Virus record (IMG/VR): IMGVR_UViG_3300046787_000200
Span: 288,013 to 352,012 of that record
Strand: one strand, 5' to 3'
DNA length: 64,000 nt
Positions 18,587-26,041 of this stretch are shown piece by piece. Below the pieces are notes generated by a model. The model saw only the letters and a program-made list of their open reading frames with translations. It did not search any database and was not told where the DNA came from. A program made the position numbers and the translations under genes. Numbering within the stretch: position 1 is the first letter of the stretch; each line of letters begins with the position of its first letter.

Positions 18587-18634
18587 TTTTTAAAGAACAA
18601 GTTGTATTATATATCAAAAACTATTTATTGTCAA
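18587..18634 (-). promoter_or_regulatory. Sigma70 promoter TTGACA-17-TATAAT plus boxA-like TTGTTCTTTAAAAA
   Basis: Hexamers at 18629-18634 and 18606-18611; boxA at 18587-18600. Confidence 0.85.
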
Positions 18635-18639
18635 ATGAA

Positions 18640-18851
18640 TTTGTAAGTAGTTCTCCCATAGTTATAAGAACCATTCACCCGTTTATACAAGACCGGTCGG
18701 GACTCGGTACGTCACTTGGGATACTAATCCAGTTAGCAACCAATCTGCACCGATCTTCCGATCGGTCGGGAGTTGAACCCGTCCCCTTCTACTATATCAG
18801 TTGTTCGAACAAACCTTTATAGCGTGACATTCTCTTGCTGACACTTACAAA
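18640..18851 (-). ncRNA. Candidate ~210-nt structured RNA with a T-loop module
   Basis: Closing stem TTTGTAAGT/ACTTACAAA; CGGG-TTCAACT-CCCG; ACCGATC-GGAA-GATCGGT. Confidence 0.5.
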
Positions 18852-18949
18852 ACTTTTTGTGTATAAGCATGACCAAACCTGCTACTTATACTTCAGACAC
18901 CTTACCTTGATGCGTGGCGTTGTGGTCAACCCATGTGTCTTACTAAACT

Positions 18950-19026
18950 TGGCGCACCGTAGGGGACTCGAACCCCTGGCCTCCACAGTGACAGTGTGGC
19001 GATCTAACCAACTGAGCTAACGGTGC
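18950..19026 (-). tRNA. tRNA-Asp(GTC)
   Basis: Loop CTGTCAC, G73, CCA. Confidence 0.95.
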
Positions 19027-19031
19027 AAAAA

Positions 19032-19256
19032 CTTTGATTGACTACTTACACTTTCGGCCGTCAATCAAGGCAATGAATTTCTGAGTCGCATTTGATTACA
19101 CGGCATATACGCCCGTCCGTGACGTTACGGTTGTTAATTTACCTGCAGGACGCATTAACAACTATCTTACATTTCTGCCGGGCGTGATTTACAAGGTTAT
19201 CCCCGACCCCCTTGACTGACCCTCTTGTCAGCGTGTGCCGCTTGTTACAGCAGTTC
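19032..19256 (-). ncRNA. Candidate multi-stem ncRNA
   Basis: CGGCA/TGCCG, ACGCCCG/CGGGCGT, GTTGTTAAT/ATTAACAAC, CAAGG/CCTTG and CTGAC/GTCAG stems. Confidence 0.5.
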
Positions 19257-19257
19257 T

Positions 19258-19342
19258 TGGTGGAGATGGTAAGATTCGAACCTACTCACCCGAAAGAATT
19301 GATTTACAGTCAACCGCGCCTCGCCGTCTGCGCCGCATCTCC
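19258..19342 (-). tRNA. tRNA-Tyr(GTA)
   Basis: Loop CTGTAAA, variable arm, CCA. Confidence 0.92.
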
Positions 19343-19348
19343 AAAAAC

Positions 19349-19424
19349 TATTCTGAAACACACTATCCTCTCTACCCATGTACCTTGGGACAGGCTTTTA
19401 CTGTGCGAAATGTGTTTTAGAATA
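19349..19424 (-). repeat. Inverted-repeat stem with variable cargo, copy 4
   Basis: TATTCTGAAACACACT...AATGTGTTTTAGAATA on the + strand. Confidence 0.8.
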
Positions 19425-19429
19425 ATACA

Positions 19430-19730
19430 GTAATACACGGCGTTAAACTGTCGGCCTATGCCCGCTTAACTTCTGTACTGTAACAGCTCTTTCCGCTAAC
19501 AACACTTTTCCTACCCCTACTGGACCGACTTTGCTTATCGTTCGTCACATTGGTCACGGTGCGCTTTCGCGGTGCGTGTATGTGAAGCCCGGGAAGTCTC
19601 TCCCGGGTCGGTTTCCATCTACTCATCTTACTAAGTGTTGTCTTAGTATCTTGACGCAATCGGAACAGTACTCCGATATCTACACTAAGGTACCCTAGTG
19701 TCGTTCTTATCTAGTATTGAACTATGCGAA
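19430..19730 (-). ncRNA. Candidate ~300-nt structured ncRNA
   Basis: Long-range ACAACACTT/AAGTGTTGT, CCGAC/GTCGG, CCCGGGA/TCCCGGG and CGC-GAAA-GCG; GC-rich. Confidence 0.5.
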
Positions 19731-19734
19731 TTTT

Positions 19735-19809
19735 TGGAAGAGCCACGGGGAATCGAACCCCGCTTCTCAGGATGAAAACCTGATGTCCTAACCGATAGAC
19801 GATGGCTCC
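19735..19809 (-). tRNA. tRNA-Glu(TTC), atypical loop TTTTCAT
   Basis: Cloverleaf, CCA. Confidence 0.85.
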
Positions 19810-19811
19810 AT

Positions 19812-20029
19812 CTATATGTAAACACACTATGGGAACTACACTTCTAATATAAGACCGTCTCTTATATTTTCAGTTTTGTCATTACTGCCTAACTACCCGT
19901 CACGTTCAACATTGCGCTACGCACTTTGTTCATACGCTTCTTGCACTCTATGAAACCCAGTTTCGTCCACTGGCTGATTTCAATAGAGTACCTAACGGAT
20001 CAGGTAACCTTTAATATGTTTGCATATAG
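19812..20029 (-). repeat. Inverted-repeat stem, copy 5, with ~180-nt structured cargo
   Basis: CTATATGTAAACACACT...AATATGTTTGCATATAG on the + strand. Confidence 0.7.
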
Positions 20030-20066
20030 TCTCCTGAACTTAACAGGAGCTATATGAAAAATTAAC

Positions 20067-20218
20067 TTTTTAAAGAACGTTGTTGATTTCTCAACTCATG
20101 CTATGATTGTAGCACAATTTTGATTTATTGTCAAATTCTTTTTTTGTATCTCTGTTTCCCAAGAACTTCTTCAATCAATCTAAGTATCTATTGTAGCACC
20201 AAGTTGATTTATTGTCAA
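20067..20218 (-). promoter_or_regulatory. rrn-like leader: tandem sigma70 promoters, boxB-like hairpin and boxA
   Basis: TTGACA-17-TACAAT at 20190-20218 and 20106-20134; GTTGA-GAAA-TCAAC at 20082-20095; GTTCTTTAAAAA at 20067-20078. Confidence 0.8.
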
Positions 20219-20238
20219 CCTATTCGATAAATAATCAA

Positions 20239-20831
20239 ATGATGATACCAATTAACTTGCCCAAACCATCAAACAGGACCATGGCATACATCAACTATTT
20301 CACGCAACAGAATTTACAAAAAAAATTGAATAATTCTAAAGAATGGTTCAACACTACTCAAAGACAAAAAATAAACTGTGCCTCAGGCTATTTAGTCCCT
20401 GACAAGATTATAACATCATTGTCACATGAGGAATATGTCATTTTTTTCCTGATGAAAATTTTGATATATCGATTGGTATATTACAAAATGTTTCTATCAA
20501 CGAACCGGTAGCCTTTGTTCCTCCACATATCGATCGGGGTAGAACCCTTGGCTTAATGTTTATTGTTGAAACAGGTGGTATTAACACAACTACTACATTT
20601 TATAAAACGCCACATGATGAATACACTCCGCAACAAACAGTTATGGTAGATTACAATGATTTAGAATCTGTATATTCGATTAAAACATTGAAGGATCAAT
20701 GGTACCTCATTGACGTTCAACAATTTCATAGTGTAGGAAATATTGAAACGCATCGTATATTATACAGTATAAATTTCTATGGAATTACTTATTCTAATTT
20801 CAAAGAAAAATATAAAAACTATATAATATAG
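20239..20831 (+). CDS. 2OG-Fe(II)/cupin-like protein split by a -1 frameshift at the T7 run 20441-20447
   Basis: The -1 frame reads FPDENF...PPHIDRGRTLGL into ORF 20556..20831 (QFHSV), completing HxD...H. Confidence 0.6.
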
Positions 20832-20833
20832 TT

Positions 20834-20908
20834 TGGTCCGGGGTGCAGGAATCGAACCCACATTCATCGGGTAGAAGCCGATTGTATTATCCATTATACT
20901 AACCCCAG
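20834..20908 (-). tRNA. tRNA-Arg(TCT)
   Basis: Loop CTTCTAC, CCA. Confidence 0.9.
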
Positions 20909-20929
20909 ATAAATTTCTAACTTGCCTCT

Positions 20930-20958
20930 ATTATAGTGTATTGTTGATTTATTGTCAA
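20930..20958 (-). promoter_or_regulatory. Sigma70 promoter TTGACA-17-TATAAT
   Basis: Perfect consensus. Confidence 0.85.
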
Positions 20959-20970
20959 CAATTATTTTAT

Positions 20971-21046
20971 TGGCTCCCCTACGTGGGCTCGAACCACGGA
21001 CATTTTGATTAACAGTCAAACGCTCTACCGACTGAGCTATAGGAGA
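20971..21046 (-). tRNA. tRNA-Asn(GTT)
   Basis: Loop CTGTTAA, G73, CCA. Confidence 0.95.
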
Positions 21047-21053
21047 ATAAATT

Positions 21054-21133
21054 TGGGGCAGGGTTCAAACCTACCGCATTACATACCTTTATCGTTGTAA
21101 CTCTGCACTATGTTATAGCCATTGTGTGCCTGC
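21054..21133 (-). ncRNA. Degenerate tRNA-like unit ending in CCA
   Basis: T-arm GGTAGG-TTTGAAC-CCTGCC directly followed by CCA; no canonical anticodon loop. Confidence 0.4.
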
Positions 21134-21140
21134 ATTTTCT

Positions 21141-21215
21141 TGGTGCCCCAGGTTAGAATCGAACTAACTACCTATCGCTTACAAGGCGAGTGCTCTACCA
21201 GTGAGCTACAAGGGC
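21141..21215 (-). tRNA. tRNA-Thr(TGT)
   Basis: Loop CTTGTAA, CCA. Confidence 0.95.
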
Positions 21216-21235
21216 TTTGTCTTTTATTTAACTGA

Positions 21236-21264
21236 AGTATATCACAACAAAACTTTTTTGTCAA
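21236..21264 (-). promoter_or_regulatory. Sigma70 promoter TTGACA-17-TATACT
   Basis: Near consensus with extended -10 TG. Confidence 0.8.
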
Positions 21265-21283
21265 GCCTCATTGTGATATCTTT

Positions 21284-21844
21284 CTAGCTTAGGAGAATTC
21301 TACTATGCTTGGGAACACCTGCTAACAAATATTCCATTTGATCTGCAAGAATAGTTCTATGTTGTAAAATCATATTTTCATAATGATTCGGTACATACGG
21401 TGCGTACAGCAATTCCATACGTGCTTCTTTCAAAGTCTTGTGACCCTTCTTACTGTTACATTCTTTGCAAGCAGTAACTACGTTCATCCAGGTGTTTTCA
21501 CCACCTTTACTCTTTGGATGAATGTGGTCACGACTTAAGTTATTGTAATTCGCAAAGTGCTCACCGCAATATGCACATACATGCCTATCACGACCAAACA
21601 ATGTTCTGTTGGTAAGTGCAACACATGAATGTTTATATGGATTGAATCCGTGACCTTTAATAGCGATAATGCTAGAAGTTTCTAAGTAACTTTCGCTACC
21701 GTCATTCTGTACACCACCACGATATCTAGCCACAACTTCACCCATTGACCATGCGATGGCATCTTTGGCTTTGTAGGTAATTGCGTCATCATATGAGATC
21801 CATTGTCTTGGAACTCCCGAGATATCTAGTGCTAGAACAGCCAT
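21284..21844 (-). CDS. HNH endonuclease (McrA-like)
   Basis: RD..CAYCG...SRDHI.PKSKGG..W.NVVTAC..CN..K. Confidence 0.9.
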   Translation of the reverse strand: MAVLALDISGVPRQWISYDDAITYKAKDAIAWSMGEVVARYRGGVQNDGSESYLETSSIIAIKGHGFNPYKHSCVALTNRTLFGRDRHVCAYCGEHFANYNNLSRDHIHPKSKGGENTWMNVVTACKECNSKKGHKTLKEARMELLYAPYVPNHYENMILQHRTILADQMEYLLAGVPKHSRILLS

Positions 21845-21893
21845 GGTGTACTCCTTTTCTTGCTATTGTCACTAATTGTATTTAATGTCCTAT

Positions 21894-21968
21894 TGGCGGG
21901 TCCTGCAGGAATTGAACCCACATCCCGAAGTTCGAAGCATCGTATTCTATCCATTGAACTAAGGACCC
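21894..21968 (-). tRNA. tRNA-Arg(TCG)
   Basis: Loop CTTCGAA, A20-type D loop, CCA. Confidence 0.85.
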
Positions 21969-22948
21969 ATGTTTCTATTATACACCTTTACGATTTCTTG
22001 TAAAGTTTTGTTCTTCCATTCTATATTTGGCATATCAGCCATTATTTCTTTAACAGTCAATGCTTGCAATAATGGATGAGAACATAAGTATTCATTTAGT
22101 ACTTTTGTATGTCTAAATTTAAAAATTTCATCTTTAAATTTTAAATTTGATTGAGCACCCGCATATGTAGGATGATAACTCTTTGCAAAACTAAAATCAA
22201 ATTCCCCTAAATTGGATTCTTGTGTAATTTTTTCTAGCACATCAAAAATATCATTATCATATATTTTCATTAAATCCAGTGAGTAGAAATATTTAGGTAT
22301 TTCATGTGGGGTGACATAGTGTTCACTATTTACTTCATGCGGATTATGTTCGTTACGTAAATTAAACCAGTGGGCATAATTATTACGTAATGGTGTTAAA
22401 TTAAAAGTTTCTGTTTGTGTTTCTAACCCAAATGATATAGGAAAAATAGTATCATAATGTTCAATAAACTTATCACGTGTTACTATATCGTTAGGTGGAT
22501 TAAAAAAATCTATATTGTATATTTCATTAAACTTTTTAGCATGGAAATACAACGGCCATTTAGTAATGGCATTTAAATTGCCTATACATCTAGTATAATG
22601 ATTATCTGCAGTGATATGAATGATTACTGGATCTCTATCCATATTCATAATTGTATCAATAGAAGTTATAATACTACCTCTATCCCAACCATTCACTAAA
22701 AATATTTTCTTTTCTTTCGGTTGATTTAGTATCAACCAATACATTATTTCTCGTATAGTAGAATGTGTTGGTATTCTATAATGCAAATGACTTGTACCTG
22801 TACCACCGTATTTCTTATTATCAGAAACATTTAACGGATCATCTACTGTTGTAGTAGATAAATTATTTTCACTCTTACTTAAACACCAGCTTAAGTAACT
22901 ACCTGAATATCCCGGTGGGTATATCAAGTAAACATTTTTATTCAACAT
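21959..22948 (-). CDS. Sulfotransferase-like P-loop protein
   Basis: IYPPGYSGSYL; stop lies inside the 5' end of tRNA-Arg. Confidence 0.55.
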   Translation of the reverse strand: MLNKNVYLIYPPGYSGSYLSWCLSKSENNLSTTTVDDPLNVSDNKKYGGTGTSHLHYRIPTHSTIREIMYWLILNQPKEKKIFLVNGWDRGSIITSIDTIMNMDRDPVIIHITADNHYTRCIGNLNAITKWPLYFHAKKFNEIYNIDFFNPPNDIVTRDKFIEHYDTIFPISFGLETQTETFNLTPLRNNYAHWFNLRNEHNPHEVNSEHYVTPHEIPKYFYSLDLMKIYDNDIFDVLEKITQESNLGEFDFSFAKSYHPTYAGAQSNLKFKDEIFKFRHTKVLNEYLCSHPLLQALTVKEIMADMPNIEWKNKTLQEIVKVYNRNMGP

Positions 22949-23210
22949 TGTCTATAATTTCAATATTAGGAGAAGTAATTCCTAAATTAGCAGTTTCTGT
23001 TAATATAAATTGCTTAAATTCTTCTGCCGCGGCTTGATCTAACCAATACCGTTTAGTTGTAACATCATCTATTACATCATATAAACCATTGGTCTTGTCG
23101 GTTGCTACTGCATTAGATATAAAATCCATTCTATCTTCATTCAAACTATCATGTCCAACTTGTGATTCTAGCGAGTCCCATTTAATTATTGTGGCTTTAG
23201 TCCAAACCAT
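22938..23210 (-). CDS. Small protein of a paralogous family (RYWLDQAAAEEF)
   Basis: Similar to 24878..25180; AGGAG SD. Confidence 0.7.
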   Translation of the reverse strand: MVWTKATIIKWDSLESQVGHDSLNEDRMDFISNAVATDKTNGLYDVIDDVTTKRYWLDQAAAEEFKQFILTETANLGITSPNIEIIDNVE

Positions 23211-23262
23211 ATATTTCTCCTATGCAAACATATTTAGTTACAGTGGTTCAACGATAATTATT

Positions 23263-23338
23263 TGGTGCCAACGAATGGGATCGAACCATTGACGCACAGA
23301 TTTTCAGTCTGTCGCTCTACCATCTGAGCTACATCGGC
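23263..23338 (-). tRNA. tRNA-Phe(GAA)
   Basis: Loop CTGAAAA, CCA. Confidence 0.95.
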
Positions 23339-23959
23339 TTATTTTTTATAGAAAATACTATTATGAACTTTTGAAATAACCATTTCAAATCCCAAGTCAA
23401 GTAATCTATCTCGTAATACATTAGGTACAGCTTCTATAATAAACAATTTACATTTAGTAAGTTTGTTTAAATCAACGTCATTGAATAGCATTTTAAGAAA
23501 TTCTGATTCTGGTTTTGCCTCAACATCTATACTAATTGCATCAACATCCCAACCTACATAATCTAATAACGTGTTAACTGTAGTTGTATTGGTAATGATA
23601 GGGTATTGTCTATCTGTTTGTTTATAGTAATATTGTTGGCTCATCCATGATGGATCAAAACTTGAAGAACCTCCTGTATCTACTGACAGATAAAAATCTG
23701 ATAGTCCACTAGTAGGTGCTACTGCACCGTTAAAGATTTTAACCTTATCTCCATATGACATGACATTGTTAAGCAATCTAGTACATGACATTGGATTAGG
23801 TTCGCAGTAAACACCGTTCCATCCTTTTTCTAGTAGCCCCCAAAATGGCTCGTCATCAGAGTTTGGGCCGCCGTCACATGCACCTATTTCTAGGAATTTT
23901 CCAGTGGGTTGATTCTTAAAAAAATCAATTACAAATTGTTTTTCAATTATGTCGTTCAT
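23339..23959 (-). CDS. FkbM family methyltransferase (likely start MNDIIEK)
   Basis: FLEIGACDG, GWNGVYCEPNP, SIDVE; the longer track ORF runs through three tRNA genes. Confidence 0.85.
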   Translation of the reverse strand: MNDIIEKQFVIDFFKNQPTGKFLEIGACDGGPNSDDEPFWGLLEKGWNGVYCEPNPMSCTRLLNNVMSYGDKVKIFNGAVAPTSGLSDFYLSVDTGGSSSFDPSWMSQQYYYKQTDRQYPIITNTTTVNTLLDYVGWDVDAISIDVEAKPESEFLKMLFNDVDLNKLTKCKLFIIEAVPNVLRDRLLDLGFEMVISKVHNSIFYKK

Positions 23960-24000
23960 TATAATATTTAATAACATTAAAGTGTTATATAAATTATTTA

Positions 24001-24075
24001 TGGTGGATGATGCAAGGATCGAACTTGCGGCCTTCTCAATGTCACTGAGATATTCTACCTCTGAAATAATCATCC
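24001..24075 (-). tRNA. tRNA-Val(GAC), atypical loop GTGACAT
   Basis: Cloverleaf, CCA. Confidence 0.85.
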
Positions 24076-24081
24076 TAAAAT

Positions 24082-24160
24082 TGGTCTGGATGGGAGGATT
24101 CGAACCTCCAGCCTCCGACTTCCAAGGCCGGCCGTCTACGCAGATTGACAATACACCCAG
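24082..24160 (-). tRNA. tRNA-Pro(TGG), second divergent copy
   Basis: Loop CTTGGAA, C1:G72, A73, CCA; unusual D arm. Confidence 0.8.
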
Positions 24161-24167
24161 ATATGTT

Positions 24168-24242
24168 TGGTGGAGACCGAGGGAGTTGAACCCTTCTAGA
24201 CAAGAATCTTGCAAGGATTCCCCGTAGCCCGCTACTGTCCCC
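24168..24242 (-). tRNA. tRNA-Ala(TGC)-like, second copy with minimal D arm
   Basis: G3:U70, GAATC-CTTGCAA-GATTC, CCA. Confidence 0.7.
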
Positions 24243-24245
24243 AAT

Positions 24246-24620
24246 TTATCTTACTGCTTTCGCCCTTGCTTCTACCATCTCGTCAATGAAACATTTATCA
24301 ATGACGTTTGTATAGGTATCTGTATAGCTACTTGCGTGATCCACGACCCTATTGTCTGGTTCGTGGTATGTTCTAATTCTTTCAGAGCCTGCTAAGTTAC
24401 GCTCTTTATCTTTATGAAAATGTGCTTGTATACGACTTAAACAGGTTGTATATGCCGCTCGTTTATTATCTTCTCGGCTACGACTATTCGTACCGTTAGC
24501 TTGAATGCCTGTTGGCTCATGTATGCATCTGCAACAGTTTTGATGTTTGTTACGATGTTGTCCACCTTTGCCGGTGCCACTGAACCATTCATAGCGAAAT
24601 TGATCTTCTGTAATTTTCAT
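24246..24620 (-). CDS. GGQ peptide-chain-release-factor-like peptidyl-tRNA hydrolase (RF-1 domain only)
   Basis: SGTGKGGQHRNK...HEPTGI...RS...NK...ERIRTY..PDNRVVDH; lacks stop-codon recognition domain. Confidence 0.85.
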   Translation of the reverse strand: MKITEDQFRYEWFSGTGKGGQHRNKHQNCCRCIHEPTGIQANGTNSRSREDNKRAAYTTCLSRIQAHFHKDKERNLAGSERIRTYHEPDNRVVDHASSYTDTYTNVIDKCFIDEMVEARAKAVR

Positions 24621-24637
24621 ATGTGCCTTAAAAATAC

Positions 24638-24713
24638 TGGAGCCCCTAGATGGAGTCGAACCATCGACTTCTCTATACCAAAGAGATATTTTACCGTTGC
24701 AAACTATGGGGGC
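24638..24713 (-). tRNA. tRNA-Thr(GGT)
   Basis: Loop TTGGTAT, CCA. Confidence 0.88.
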
Positions 24714-24877
24714 AAAGGAGGGAGCCTAACTATCTGTCGTTACACAGCCTTGTTAGATTGTCTCGAACACAAGAGTTTAAGCTACCTATGCAATCATACT
24801 ATAGTGTCACACACCAGCGCAGTGTGCTAGATTACTCGGGACTCATCGTGCCGTCTATCCCAAAAAAGTGAAGAAGA

Positions 24878-25180
24878 TTAACTAGCGTCAGTAATTTGTA
24901 TATTTACTATGCTAACACCTGCTGCCGGAGACAGAATAGTATTTAAATATGTTTCCCATTCTTCCGCGGCAGCTTGATCCGACCAATAACGTTCTGTTAC
25001 ATAAGTTGGATTTGTTGACAGTTCATGCAATATACCGTCTGTTTTTCCTTCTGTAACCATAGCATTGATCTTTACTTTAGAATCAATTATTGGTTGTTCT
25101 CTTAAATTAATATTACTAGCAGTTTGAAATATAGTAGCGTAGGTTGCCCATTCGCATACAAGTTTTTTTGTTAAACTCAT
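24878..25180 (-). CDS. Small protein of a paralogous family (RYWSDQAAAEEW)
   Basis: Similar to 22938..23210; upstream ATAAATA and AGGA. Confidence 0.7.
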   Translation of the reverse strand: MSLTKKLVCEWATYATIFQTASNINLREQPIIDSKVKINAMVTEGKTDGILHELSTNPTYVTERYWSDQAAAEEWETYLNTILSPAAGVSIVNIQITDAS

Positions 25181-25213
25181 TTTTTAGTCCTAAACATATA
25201 TTTATCTAGTTTT

Positions 25214-25291
25214 TGGCAGAGGGTACTGGATTCGAACCAGTGATCATGGAGTCAAAGTCCAATGCTTTAGGCCAAACTAAGCTAACCCCCA
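25214..25291 (-). tRNA. tRNA-Gln(TTG)
   Basis: Loop CTTTGAC, G73, CCA. Confidence 0.9.
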
Positions 25292-25300
25292 ACAAAATTT

Positions 25301-25376
25301 TGGCATCCTGTACGGGAATCGAACCCGTCTCTACAACTTGAAAGGCTGTTGATCTAAACCGATAATCTAACAGGAT
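25301..25376 (-). tRNA. tRNA-Glu(TTC), second copy
   Basis: Loop CTTTCAA, G73, CCA. Confidence 0.9.
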
Positions 25377-25450
25377 ATAAATTTGGCGCCGATTTTTGTC
25401 ATTTTAACTCAGGCTAACGTACACTCCCTGAGATTAGTTGCAACACAACT

Positions 25451-25527
25451 TGGTAGCCTCACTGTGACTCGAACACAGGACCCCCGCCTTATCAAGACGG
25501 TGCTCTAACCAACTGAGCTATGAGGCT
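25451..25527 (-). tRNA. tRNA-Ile(GAT)
   Basis: Loop TTGATAA, CCA. Confidence 0.95.
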
Positions 25528-25539
25528 ATAAATACTACT

Positions 25540-25704
25540 ATGAAAACCTACAAGAATCTTACTCCTAGTGGTTTACATTTTCATTTGTCTTTAAGTGATG
25601 AAGGTGTATGTTGTATCATAGTCTATGATATCTTTGATTGTGAATCACAACTTCATTACTTCACTGATATCAATAAAGCATTGCGCTTTATCAACAATTT
25701 ATAA
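25540..25704 (+). CDS. 54-aa protein oriented against the tRNA array (MKTYKNLTPSGLHFHL...)
   Basis: TATAAATA 5 nt upstream of ATG; fills the inter-tRNA gap. Confidence 0.55.
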   Translation: MKTYKNLTPSGLHFHLSLSDEGVCCIIVYDIFDCESQLHYFTDINKALRFINNL

Positions 25705-25706
25705 TT

Positions 25707-25781
25707 TGGTGGATGTAAGTAGATTTGAACTACTGACCTGCTCCGTATGAAGGAGATGCACTACCGCTGTGCTATACATCC
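25707..25781 (-). tRNA. tRNA-Met(CAT), elongator-like
   Basis: Loop TTCATAC, paired 1:72, A73, CCA. Confidence 0.85.
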
Positions 25782-25784
25782 ATT

Positions 25785-25858
25785 TGGTGCCCCTTGACAG
25801 AATTGAACTGCCGTATCCTGATTACAAAACAGGCGTAATACCGTTATACGAAAAGGGC
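25785..25858 (-). tRNA. tRNA-Thr(TGT), second copy
   Basis: Loop TTTGTAA, CCA. Confidence 0.88.
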
Positions 25859-25865
25859 GATATCT

Positions 25866-25942
25866 TGGGGTGCTTGATGGGATTCGAACCCACGCATATC
25901 GGAATCACAATCCGAGGTCTTGACCGCTTGACGACAAGCACC
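25866..25942 (-). tRNA. tRNA-His(GTG)
   Basis: G-1:C73, loop TTGTGAT, CCA. Confidence 0.93.
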
Positions 25943-25948
25943 ATATGT

Positions 25949-26040
25949 TGGAGGAAGATGTGAGATTCGAACTCACGGAACCATTTCTGATCCGTCTGAT
26001 TTCAAGTCAGGTGCATTAAACCGGGCTCTGCCAATCTTCC
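25949..26040 (-). tRNA. tRNA-Ser(TGA)
   Basis: Loop CTTGAAA, long variable arm, CCA. Confidence 0.93.
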
Positions 26041-26041
26041 G

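Noticed and set aside
16689-19659. Short track ORFs across the tRNA/ncRNA region
   Set aside because: They overlap tRNAs or structured RNAs, lack SD sites and have no recognisable motifs.
17399-19730. tmRNA, RNase P RNA, rRNA or group I intron identity for the large ncRNAs
   Set aside because: No tag reading frame with Ala-type ends, no GAGGAAAGUCC P4 signature, and no rRNA or P7 core motifs recognised.
23960-24244. N-terminal extension of the FkbM ORF
   Set aside because: Overlaps three tRNA genes; the likely start is ATG at 23959.
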